32,000 nt of DNA from Candidatus Methanoperedens sp. (GTDB lineage: Archaea; Halobacteriota; Methanosarcinia; Methanosarcinales; Methanoperedenaceae), in contig JAPZAR010000006.1 in the NCBI GenBank assembly GCA_027460535.1, positions 1 to 32,000 on the forward strand, written 5' to 3'. Below are positions 1 through 8,173 of the stretch, in pieces. A program made the position numbers and the translations under genes. Each line of letters starts with the position of its first letter. Within the stretch, counting starts at the first letter, position 1. Under the pieces are notes generated by a model that saw nothing but the letters and a program-made list of their open reading frames with translations, made no database searches and was not told the DNA's origin.

Positions 1-427
1 GCCATTCGCATGTTCTTTTATGCATATCGACAGCTGCGCGGAAAGGTCCAGTCACGAAGTCGACCGATATGGTCATGTTGGTAATCGGACCGTTACCACG
101 CTACCCAAAAAGATTAATGGAGGCATTAACATGTCGTCAGGAAGGTTTTGAGATCATTAAGGCAGATCGTCAGATAGCTAATAAAAACCTGCAAATGACA
201 GAATCAAGTGGGGTACAAGTTATCGCCAGTATAGTTCCAGAAGCTGCCGGCATTGCCTCAAGACCAGCACTTTCTGCAAATCTTGTCCGGCCTTATATCT
301 GGATGGGAACTTATTCCATTGGCTTAGAACAAATTGGAAATTACGAAGGTTTCATGACTTGAATACAAATTTGTGGTCAAATTCATTTAACTGAATCAGT
401 GGGTAAACGATTTAACTAAACGGCTCC

Positions 428-2338
428 ATGATTGTGAAAGTGCAAAAAGAATTCAGAAAACTCATCACAATGGATGAAGCAAGAAACATAATCCGGCACC
501 TCGGTATCCAGCCACGCATAATGCAGGTGGATATTGAAAATGCATCCGGGCGTGTCCTCGCTGAGGATTCGGTTTCTCCTGTGGATGTCCCTCCCTTCAG
601 CAGAGCCTCAATGGATGGATATGCGGTTCATGCTTCTGATACCTACGAGGCGCGTGAAGATAGGTCTGTGCAACTCAAACTCACGGGTTCGATCCCGGCA
701 GGTATAAATTCCGATGTCCACGTAGGTACGGGAGAAGCTGCCGAGATATCGACAGGCGCGGTCATGCCCTCAGGCGCCGACGCCGTGGTTATGGTAGAGT
801 ACACTATTATTGATACAGACCTGCTCGTACTTCGTCCCGTTTCCATCAATGAAAATGTAATGCACGCAGGGGTAGATATCATGGCTGGTGAAAGGGTACT
901 GGAAAAGGGAACTTCACTTGGTGCCAGGGAGATAGGTGTCCTTGCTGCTACAGGGAGGAAAGATGTCCGGGTATATGGCCTGAACGTGGGTATTATTTCC
1001 ACGGGGAATGAGCTTGCGGAACCGGGAAGAGAACTCGAGGCAGGAGAGATATACGATATTAACTCATTTTCTATCGCCTCGGCCGTTAGGGAGTGCGGCG
1101 GGACTCCTGCGCGCTACGGCATAGTCGGTGACGATGAGACTGAAATGAAAGAAGTCCTTGAAAAAGCTGCCGGGAACTGTGATATCATCCTTACGTCGGG
1201 GAGCACATCTGCAGGCTGCGGAGATATCATGTACAGGATAATTGAGGAGAACGGGACTGTACTTGCCCACGGGATCGATATCAAACCCGGAAAACCAGCG
1301 ATCATCGGAAAAGTATTCGGCAAAACGATTTTCGGCCTCCCTGGATATCCGGCATCTTCACTTATCATTTTTAATGAGTTCGTGGCACCGCTTATCAGGA
1401 AATTGACAGGGAAAAAGAAGGAACAAATCAGTGTAACGGCAAAACTTGCAATACGCGTCCGCAGCGAGGGACGAAGCCAGCTCCTTCCGGTCGGTCTGGT
1501 AAGAGGAAGGGCATACCCGATCGAGAAAGGTTCCGGTGCCATAACCACACTTTCCGAAGCTGATGGATTTATTGAGATACCGCTTGATGCAGAGATGATA
1601 AGTGCGGGTGAAAGTGTGGAGGTCACCTTATTTGGGGAACCTGAAACGCCGGATTTGCTTTTCGTGGGGAGCAATTGCATCGGGCTGGATACTCTTTCTG
1701 ATATTTCGAAATTAAAAATACGCGTGATAAACGCGGGTTCTTCGGGCGGATTGAATGCGATCAGGAACGGTATTGCCGATATTGCGGGGGTGCATTTGCT
1801 TGATGAATCGGGGGAGTATAATCTGCCTTTCCTGAAAAAGTTCGGTATAGAGAATGCAGTATTGATAAAAGGCTATCTGAGGGAACAGGGTCTGATAGTT
1901 AGAAATGAAAGCAATATCTGGAGATTTGGGGATATCATCAATGTCAGGATGATAAACAGGAACACAGGTTCCGGAACAAGGGTTATGACCGATATGAAAT
2001 TAAAGGAAATAGCAGAACAAAAAGGGTTGTCTCTTGAGGAACTCACGGGCAGCATACAGGGCTACCATATGGAGGCGAAAACACACAGCGCCGTTGCAGC
2101 ATCGGTGAAGCTTGGAAAGGCTGATGCCGGAATCGGGATCCGCGCGGCAGCAGAGCACAACGATCTTAAATTCATCAAAATCGCAGATGAAGAATATGAT
2201 TTCGTGATTCCGATGAACCTGCTGGATAGCAGGGAGATACAGATCTTTTTGAAAGCTCTGCGCTCTGAAGAGTTTAAAGAAAAACTGCCATCGGGGCTTA
2301 GTACATACGACAGGACAGGGGAAATCGTCCGGCCCTGA
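428..2338 (+). CDS. moeA: Molybdopterin molybdenumtransferase MoeA fused to a C-terminal periplasmic-binding-protein-like (molybdate/tungstate-binding type) domain
   Basis: 636-aa ORF. The N-terminal ~400 aa have the MoeA layout (..PPFSRASMDGYAV.., ..ISTGAVMPSGADAVVMVE.., ..SGSTSAG..DI.., ..KPGKP..). The C-terminal ~230 aa resemble the PBP-like domain often fused to archaeal MoeA. The true start could be the internal Met at codon 15. Confidence 0.85.
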   Translation: MIVKVQKEFRKLITMDEARNIIRHLGIQPRIMQVDIENASGRVLAEDSVSPVDVPPFSRASMDGYAVHASDTYEAREDRSVQLKLTGSIPAGINSDVHVGTGEAAEISTGAVMPSGADAVVMVEYTIIDTDLLVLRPVSINENVMHAGVDIMAGERVLEKGTSLGAREIGVLAATGRKDVRVYGLNVGIISTGNELAEPGRELEAGEIYDINSFSIASAVRECGGTPARYGIVGDDETEMKEVLEKAAGNCDIILTSGSTSAGCGDIMYRIIEENGTVLAHGIDIKPGKPAIIGKVFGKTIFGLPGYPASSLIIFNEFVAPLIRKLTGKKKEQISVTAKLAIRVRSEGRSQLLPVGLVRGRAYPIEKGSGAITTLSEADGFIEIPLDAEMISAGESVEVTLFGEPETPDLLFVGSNCIGLDTLSDISKLKIRVINAGSSGGLNAIRNGIADIAGVHLLDESGEYNLPFLKKFGIENAVLIKGYLREQGLIVRNESNIWRFGDIINVRMINRNTGSGTRVMTDMKLKEIAEQKGLSLEELTGSIQGYHMEAKTHSAVAASVKLGKADAGIGIRAAAEHNDLKFIKIADEEYDFVIPMNLLDSREIQIFLKALRSEEFKEKLPSGLSTYDRTGEIVRP

Positions 2339-2405
2339 TAATCCGCCGGTGCCAGTAGAATGTCTTAAATACCATCTTATATAATATAAAATTGGAGGTT
2401 AATTC

Positions 2406-3230
2406 ATGTTTAAGGGAAGAATAGTGTATAATATCCTGGCTGTTGCTATTGTATTGTCTGTCATTTCAGGCTGCGTGAGCCAGCCTCCACAGCAAACCGT
2501 ACAAACAGCAAAACCTACAACTACAGCACCAGCTGCACCCACCCCGGCCGCGGGAACCAGCGTGGAAGTATTGACAGCCCCTGCTACAGCGGAGGCGGGG
2601 CGCAGTTTTGAAGTAACCTGGAAGGTCAACAGTCCGGTTGAAAAGAATATCACCCATACAGCAGTGCATTACGGTAATCAGTCGAAATCCGAGCCTCTGA
2701 CACTCCAGAGCTACCCGAGCCTGACAACACCCAAGGGGGGGAAAATACCCGCAAGTTTCAGCGCAAACATAACCATAAACAATCCAGGAGTGATATATTT
2801 CAGGGCGCATGCTATAATAGATACGGTCTTCTATTGGTCTCCTGAACAAACCATCACAATAACACCGGCCCCCGCCGTATCAGGCACTCCAGCGGCCATT
2901 AAAGTAACATCCCATCCTTCGAGCGTGGATGGAGATACCAGTTTCACTATCCAGTGGGAGGTCTCTGGTGGGACCCAGGGCAGCATCAGCCAGACTGCGA
3001 TTTACTGGGGCTTCAACAGCGGCAGTGCTAATATCTCCAGCTATCCCAGGGTCAGCAGCGTACAGAGCGGTAATACGCCGGCGAAATTCAGCGCTCAATT
3101 CACTGCCCCTTCAGGCGGTGGCAGCATTTACGTTCGGGCATATGCGAAGGTCGATGGTGTTGACGTCTATTCGCAGGAATACCCCATAGTAGTCAATTCA
3201 CGCTACACTGGGGGTGGAGGAGGATATTAA
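2406..3230 (+). CDS. Secreted lipoprotein with two internal ~100-aa repeats, unknown function
   Basis: The N-terminus has a hydrophobic signal sequence plus a lipobox (..LSVISGC), followed by a Pro/Thr/Ala linker. Two homologous modules follow (FEVTWKVNS..HTAVHYG..IYFRAHA and FTIQWEVSG..QTAIYWG..IYVRAYA). A GGAGGT Shine-Dalgarno sits 8 nt upstream and an AT-rich TATA-like tract lies at about 2375-2392. Confidence 0.7.
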   Translation: MFKGRIVYNILAVAIVLSVISGCVSQPPQQTVQTAKPTTTAPAAPTPAAGTSVEVLTAPATAEAGRSFEVTWKVNSPVEKNITHTAVHYGNQSKSEPLTLQSYPSLTTPKGGKIPASFSANITINNPGVIYFRAHAIIDTVFYWSPEQTITITPAPAVSGTPAAIKVTSHPSSVDGDTSFTIQWEVSGGTQGSISQTAIYWGFNSGSANISSYPRVSSVQSGNTPAKFSAQFTAPSGGGSIYVRAYAKVDGVDVYSQEYPIVVNSRYTGGGGGY

Positions 3231-3269
3231 ACCGGATTAGAGGGGTCTTAACCGACTCCTTAATTTTTT

Positions 3270-3845
3270 TCAGGCATATCTTCCCCGGGCTTCAATCTCT
3301 TCTACTCTTTCGATGATTTTTTCTGCATTTTCAAAGGTTCTTGAATAACCTTTCTTAAAAGCAGCAATCAGTTCCTCATCATTCTCATGGGTGCTCTCCA
3401 GTGTCTGGAAAAATACGTGGACATCCACCCCCCTCGCCTCCACACTCTTGTCCAGAGACGCAAGGCCGAAGTCTATAAGGAACAATTTTCCATTCCGGAA
3501 TAATAAGTTAGATGTGGTAAGGTCGCCGTGAACAATGCCGCAGGAATGCAACCGCCCGATAAGTTCTCCTGTCAGTTCACTGAGACCTGGTGTTATTATA
3601 TTTTTCAGTGCAGTCCCGTCGATATATTCCATTCTTATTTCAAAATCAGAAACGTCCTTAATTATCGGCGTCGGGACACCGCATCTTCGCGCTTCAGAAA
3701 TAAGCCTTGCTTCCGTTCTTGTACGCTCTCTCCGGATATTTTCATCTATTTCCTTCAACCTGTACCGTTTCTCTATCCGTGTCTTGATTATGGTATTTTC
3801 TTCCAGATTTATTACGGCCTCAGCCCCGCTTGCGATCACCGCCAT
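3270..3845 (-). CDS. bud32: KEOPS complex kinase/ATPase Bud32
   Basis: 191-aa ORF with the small RIO-like kinase pattern (GAEA.., ..HGDLTTSN.., ..IDFGL..). It lies immediately downstream of kae1 and overlaps it by 10 nt. Confidence 0.85.
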   Translation of the reverse strand: MAVIASGAEAVINLEENTIIKTRIEKRYRLKEIDENIRRERTRTEARLISEARRCGVPTPIIKDVSDFEIRMEYIDGTALKNIITPGLSELTGELIGRLHSCGIVHGDLTTSNLLFRNGKLFLIDFGLASLDKSVEARGVDVHVFFQTLESTHENDEELIAAFKKGYSRTFENAEKIIERVEEIEARGRYA

Positions 3846-4807
3846 CCGACCTCCGCATCATCGGGTCTGTAATTCGGGTTGACGGCGGATTCGGAAATCC
3901 CGGTTCTATACCCCGCCCTGAACATTAAAAGGCCGAGGTAAGCTATCATGGCTCCATTGTCACCCATGTACCGCTTTTCAGGCACATAGAACTCTATACC
4001 CCGGTCCTCACACATTATTTTAAGCATCTCTCGAAGGCGTGAGTTCGCGCCCACCCCGCCTGCCAGAAGCACTTCAGTTTTTCCCGTGTGAGCGACGGCG
4101 CGTTCTGTCACCTCCACGAGCATGGCAAAGACCGTCTCCTGGAAGGAATAGCACACATCGGGCAACTTTGAGTTTTTTAAAGACTCCTGTGCAGCTGTGG
4201 TCAGACCCGAAAAGGAGAAATCCATTCCTTTTACTGTGTAGGGTAGCGGGATATAACGCGTTGCCTTTTTAGCGAAATCCTCCACTTTCGGACCGCCGGG
4301 ATGCCTGAGCCCTGCCGATCTTGCGAATTTGTCAAGGGCATTGCCTACCCCGATATCGAGTGTTTCGCCAAAAACCCTGTAGCGTCCTGCCCTGTATGCC
4401 AGCACCTGGGAATTCGCACCGCTCACATATAGCGTGACAGGGTCCTTAGCAGGTGTTTTCCATCTTCCCACCTCGATGTGGGCAATACAATGATTGACCC
4501 CTATGAGGGGCACACCAAGAGACAATGAAAGCGCCCTTGCTGCTGTGGCAACTGTGCGAAGACATGGCCCTAGACCCGGCCCCTGCGAAAAAGCCACTGC
4601 GCTGACAGTCCTTCCGCCTTTTTTTAAGGTTTCACCTACCACTTCTCCGATATGGTTTGAATGATGCTGCGCGGCCTCACGGGGATGTATCCCTCCGGCC
4701 TCAGGCATGTAAGTGGCCGTGGTCTCCGCTATGACATCGTTCTCGTCAACGATCGCGGCGCTCAGGTTCCATGCTGTTCCTTCCAGGCCTAATATTGAAA
4801 TGGACAT
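3836..4807 (-). CDS. kae1: tRNA N6-adenosine threonylcarbamoyltransferase Kae1 (KEOPS catalytic subunit)
   Basis: 323-aa ORF with the Kae1/TsaD signatures (GIEGTAW-type N-terminus, ..HH..H.. metal site HCIAHIE, ..GGV.AN..LR.., ..GDNGAMIA..). Confidence 0.9.
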   Translation of the reverse strand: MSISILGLEGTAWNLSAAIVDENDVIAETTATYMPEAGGIHPREAAQHHSNHIGEVVGETLKKGGRTVSAVAFSQGPGLGPCLRTVATAARALSLSLGVPLIGVNHCIAHIEVGRWKTPAKDPVTLYVSGANSQVLAYRAGRYRVFGETLDIGVGNALDKFARSAGLRHPGGPKVEDFAKKATRYIPLPYTVKGMDFSFSGLTTAAQESLKNSKLPDVCYSFQETVFAMLVEVTERAVAHTGKTEVLLAGGVGANSRLREMLKIMCEDRGIEFYVPEKRYMGDNGAMIAYLGLLMFRAGYRTGISESAVNPNYRPDDAEVGWR

Positions 4808-5029
4808 TGGTTCCTCAGGGTTGCAGGACTTATTGTAATCTCTTCTAAAATAAGTATCGTATAATTTTATAGAATTTTTTGGAATTATATTTCAGTAACC
4901 TTTACATACAGCGGAGACATATAGAAATGTGAATTACGAGGTGTTATACTGAAAGAGCGAGCAAAGGGTGGCCCCAGGCCCGAGGAAGAATTCACAAGGG
5001 TTCGCATTCCACAAAAAGGCGCAAACGAG

Positions 5030-5266
5030 GTGCTTGGAATTGTAGAAAGCCTGCTCGGAGCAAACAAGATAAGAGTGAGGTGCATGGATGGGGTAGTAAG
5101 GCTTGCTCGCATTCCCGGTAAAATCAAGAAACGCATATGGATAAGGGAAGGGGATGTTGTTATCGTTGTTCCATGGTCTTTCCAGAACGAAAAAGCAGAT
5201 ATCGCGTGGAAATACAGCGGACCTCAGGTAAACTGGCTTGAACGTAAGGGATTTTTGAAAAGTTAA
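5030..5266 (+). CDS. eif1a: Translation initiation factor aIF-1A. The ORF-track start is a GTG, and homology clearly continues upstream (see finding).
   Basis: It has an S1-like OB fold sequence (..[48 protein letters not shown]..). The conserved 'RVRIPQKG' N-terminal segment is encoded in frame at 4997-5020, upstream of the first canonical start codon. Confidence 0.85.
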   Translation: MLGIVESLLGANKIRVRCMDGVVRLARIPGKIKKRIWIREGDVVIVVPWSFQNEKADIAWKYSGPQVNWLERKGFLKS

Positions 5267-5274
5267 CGGGAAAT

Positions 5275-6066
5275 ATGGTCAGTGACAAGAAGCTCAGCCG
5301 AATGGATGTCATCGTCGATGAATTCCGGATGCGGATCAAAGATTCCAGCCAGAGGGCCGCGTTTAGTGATGTTTTTGATGATGCAACTCTGATGGCGCTG
5401 TATGAGCTTTCCAAGAAAGGTTTCATTGATGCATTTGGGGGTTCTGTAAGTACGGGAAAGGAATCAAATATTTTTCATGCGATCTCAAAAAAGGATGACA
5501 TTTCTGAAGTAGCCGTGAAGATATATATGATCACCACTGCGAATTTCAATGCAATGAAGGATTATATTTTGGGGGATCCGCGTTTTGCAGGTATCAGACA
5601 CTCAAAAAAAGATATCATCTTTGCGTGGGCAAAGAAGGAATTCAAAAATCTCAAACGGGCTGAAGAAGCAGGAGTAAGGGTTCCAAAGCCATATGTTACC
5701 AAAAGGAACATCCTGCTGATGGAATTTATTGGAAAAGATGGCATCGCGATGCCGCAATTGAAAGACGTGGATATAACCCAGGAAGAGATGCAGCATATTT
5801 TCGACAGGACCGTTGAATATATGAAACTGTTGTATTCCAAAGCAGAGCTCATTCATGCCGACCTGAGCGAATACAATATACTGGTTGACATGAATACTCT
5901 TGAACCCGTTATAATCGACATGGGGCAATCGGTAACTAAGGACCATTTTAATGCAGATATGTTTCTGCGGCGCGATGTGACCAATATCGCCAGATTCTTC
6001 AGGAAATTCGATATTACTGTGAATGAAGAAGAGATGATTTCAGCTATAAAGGAGGATAAGAAATGA
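5275..6066 (+). CDS. rio1: RIO1-type serine protein kinase
   Basis: 263 aa with the ..STGKESNIFHA.. P-loop-like motif, ..HADLSEYNILV.. catalytic loop and ..IDMGQSV... It lies between aIF-1A and the KH protein, a conserved archaeal arrangement. Confidence 0.85.
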   Translation: MVSDKKLSRMDVIVDEFRMRIKDSSQRAAFSDVFDDATLMALYELSKKGFIDAFGGSVSTGKESNIFHAISKKDDISEVAVKIYMITTANFNAMKDYILGDPRFAGIRHSKKDIIFAWAKKEFKNLKRAEEAGVRVPKPYVTKRNILLMEFIGKDGIAMPQLKDVDITQEEMQHIFDRTVEYMKLLYSKAELIHADLSEYNILVDMNTLEPVIIDMGQSVTKDHFNADMFLRRDVTNIARFFRKFDITVNEEEMISAIKEDKK

Positions 6067-6599
6067 CAGACCATATTAAGATCCCGCTTGAGAGAGTTGC
6101 GGTTCTAGTCGGGCCAAAAGGCGGAACAAAAGAGCTTATTGAAGAAAAATCGACTGCTGCCCTCAATATAGACAGCCAGAGCGGGGATGTTGAAATATCG
6201 AATGCCAAAGACCCTATAAAAGGATTGCGAGCCAGCGAGGTAGTACATGCGATAGCAAGGGGCTTCAGTCCCGAAAAAGCTCTTCGTCTATTTGATGATG
6301 ATCTTCTGATATTTGAAAGCATAGACCTGTCCAATATCGCCAGGACTGAAAAAGATCTTCAACGTTTGAAAGGAAGGATCATAGGAAAAGCTGGCAAGAC
6401 CCGCGAGGTTTTTGAGACGCTTACCAATGCGCGTATTTCCGTTTACGGAAAGACCATATGCCTGATCGGGTATCCGGAACAGAATGCTGTGGCGCGGGCG
6501 GGTATCGATATGCTTCTGGAAGGATCAACGCATGGGCCGGTTTACAAGTTCCTTGAGAAAAAGAAAAGTGAGTTGAAAAAAGTTGAGCTCGGGTTTTGA
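6063..6599 (+). CDS. KH-domain RNA-binding protein (archaeal Dim2/Pno1-like)
   Basis: 178 aa with two KH-like GxxG segments (VGPKGGTK, IGKAGKTR). Its start overlaps the rio1 stop (ATGA). Confidence 0.8.
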   Translation: MTDHIKIPLERVAVLVGPKGGTKELIEEKSTAALNIDSQSGDVEISNAKDPIKGLRASEVVHAIARGFSPEKALRLFDDDLLIFESIDLSNIARTEKDLQRLKGRIIGKAGKTREVFETLTNARISVYGKTICLIGYPEQNAVARAGIDMLLEGSTHGPVYKFLEKKKSELKKVELGF

Positions 6600-6637
6600 T
6601 TAAAGTCAAATACTATCACCTCTTTTAGGCATACCGG

Positions 6638-7153
6638 GTGACTAATTTGGCAAAAAGAATTACTAAGAGTCTAATTGGTGAAGCCCTTGCAGGTTCAGGT
6701 CCCGAGATCGCTCATATCGACCTCGTGATAGGACCCAAGGGCGGTGCAGTAGAAACAGCTTTCATGAATTCGCTTGCAATGCCTCGATACGGGCATACGC
6801 CTCTCCTGGCAGTGCTTGAACCCAACCTTCAGCCGAAGCCGGCAACGCTGATGGTCAATAAGGTAACGATCAGGAAAGCCTCGCAGGCAATACTCATGTT
6901 CGGTCCAGCTCAGGCCGCCATTGCTAAGGCTGTGATGGATTCCGTGGAGGAAGGAATTATCAATAAAAGCGAGGCTGAGGACATTCTCATTATCGTTTCG
7001 GTATTCATCGAGTGGGATGCGCAGGATAAGGACAAGGTTTACAAGTTTAACTACGAGGCCACGAAACTTGCTATAAAAAGAGCGATGCAAGGAGAGCCAA
7101 CAGTCGAGGAAGCGCTCTCGAAGAAGGAAAAGGCGAAGCATCCGTTCGCGTAG
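6638..7153 (+). CDS. fae: Formaldehyde-activating enzyme (5,6,7,8-tetrahydromethanopterin hydro-lyase)
   Basis: 171 aa that is collinear with Fae as I recall it (..GEAL.G.G.E.AHIDL.IGP.G..ET AF.., ..MFGPAQ.., ..YKFNYEATKLAI.RA..GEP.., C-terminal HPFA). It has a GTG start. Confidence 0.85.
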   Translation: MTNLAKRITKSLIGEALAGSGPEIAHIDLVIGPKGGAVETAFMNSLAMPRYGHTPLLAVLEPNLQPKPATLMVNKVTIRKASQAILMFGPAQAAIAKAVMDSVEEGIINKSEAEDILIIVSVFIEWDAQDKDKVYKFNYEATKLAIKRAMQGEPTVEEALSKKEKAKHPFA

Positions 7154-7363
7154 ATCGATCGCAATTAAGGCTGATATTTTCCAAATGGAATTTTCTGCCT
7201 TATTACTTTACCCGATATTTTTCTCTTTTCCTTCTCTTAAACTGAATTTGAATCAAATCTTTTATAAATTCGGAAATCATGGTTAGGGTTGGTCAGAAGA
7301 GATTCAAATTTTAGCAACGAGCTTTATGTTGGTTTCTTATTCTGAATATAGAGTGATACGAAT

Positions 7364-7603
7364 ATGTTTGCAGAACAGAAAAATATCGATGAATTGTCAC
7401 AGAAGTCAAATAAATATTTGAATGATTTCATGAATAAAATAGTTGTTTGTGAAACCTTGAGCGGGAAAACAATAACGGGAATATTGACAGGTTGTGACAA
7501 GTATGAACTTATTTTAGTGGAAACAAAGGATATTAAATCAAAGAAACCGATAAAAACCATTGTCTATAAACATGGTCTGGTAAGTATCCGGGAATTGGAT
7601 TAA
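7364..7603 (+). CDS. Small Sm-fold / Hfq-like RNA-binding protein (putative)
   Basis: 79 aa. The pattern ..KIVVCETLSGKTITGILTGCDKYELILVE..TIVYKHGLVSI.. matches Sm1 (hydrophobic-x-L-x-x-G-x-x-x-x-G) and an Hfq-type Sm2 'YKH' motif. It is an isolated ORF in an otherwise ORF-poor AT-rich region. Confidence 0.45.
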   Translation: MFAEQKNIDELSQKSNKYLNDFMNKIVVCETLSGKTITGILTGCDKYELILVETKDIKSKKPIKTIVYKHGLVSIRELD

Positions 7604-7969
7604 TGCCTCATATGGTCCTCGGGGTGAATGTATTTAAGAAGAGCAATGACAACACATATGGAATGATTTAGCTACGGAAAATGACACTAAGGACCTGTGA
7701 GGGAAAAAAGATACGTGCCAACAGGCGTAGTTTACTCTCCTTTTTATATTAAAAGGATGACAGAACAACTAAATTGTGTAAGAGAAATCGGAGGAACCAT
7801 AGAAATAGGAAAATAGCGAGGATTTCGGGAAATTCCTGGGGATAGAATCGCCGGCTCACATCTGGATGCCTGATGCATGCGAACTAAATGAGTGATTTTT
7901 TGGATGGGAATATTTAGAAAAGTGGAATTTATCGTAATAACAAGGCGAGAATGATCACGTTTAACTTTA

Positions 7970-7981
7970 ATGATTAATCAT
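7970..7981. promoter_or_regulatory. Perfect 12-bp palindrome ATGATTAATCAT about 40 bp upstream of a TTATATATGAT TATA-like box (8010-8020). This is a putative operator/activator site of the first PHA-locus promoter.
   Basis: The same TTTAATGATTAATCAT plus TTATATATGATA pair recurs with the same spacing at 9911-9926 and 9956-9967. Confidence 0.5.
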
Positions 7982-8134
7982 AAATGTAAGTAGTAATATT
8001 AAACAAAAATTATATATGATAGTTGTTGCTATATATATGAGAGTGACCCTTATTGAATAGCCCAAATTGTTAAGGTTGCGGGGTTGTGAGTAATTAGAAC
8101 CCAAAAAACAGCAGAACTTTTCTACTGGGTTCAG

Positions 8135-8152
8135 CCCTGAATTAATTCAGGG
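8135..8152. promoter_or_regulatory. Perfect 18-bp palindrome CCCTGAATTAATTCAGGG in the leader of the first PHA-locus gene
   Basis: The sequence is exactly self-complementary. An identical copy lies at 15068-15085 between phaB and phaA. Confidence 0.55.
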
Positions 8153-8173
8153 ATTAATTGGAAGGTGAATTAA

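Noticed and set aside
1-76. Possible 5' end of a leftward (minus-strand) gene: an ATG at 76-74 gives MTISVDFVTGPFRAAVDMHKRTCEW.. running out of the window
   Set aside because: Only 25 codons are visible and I recognise no homology. That is too little to call.
39-205. RNase P RNA-like strings (CGGAAAGGTCCA resembling CR-I GAGGAAAGUCC; ACAGAATC resembling CR-V ACAGAA)
   Set aside because: The CR-I match has an extra G. The two elements are only about 160 nt apart. The P4 pairing partners and the other conserved regions (CR-II/III) are not evident.
69-362. 97-aa + strand ORF in the 350-bp region upstream of moeA
   Set aside because: It has no recognisable motif, no SD, and an odd composition. 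It looks like a chance ORF in an intergenic region, and I cannot support it as a gene.
1114-1680. Long antisense or alternate-frame ORFs inside well-supported genes (for example 1114-1680, 11660-12262, 20682-21086, 21377-21868, 22086-22649, 25577-26239, 27104-27574)
   Set aside because: Each is fully overlapped by a gene with clear family motifs on the other strand or frame. Their translations are low-complexity and Ser/Pro/Arg-rich, as expected of shadow ORFs.
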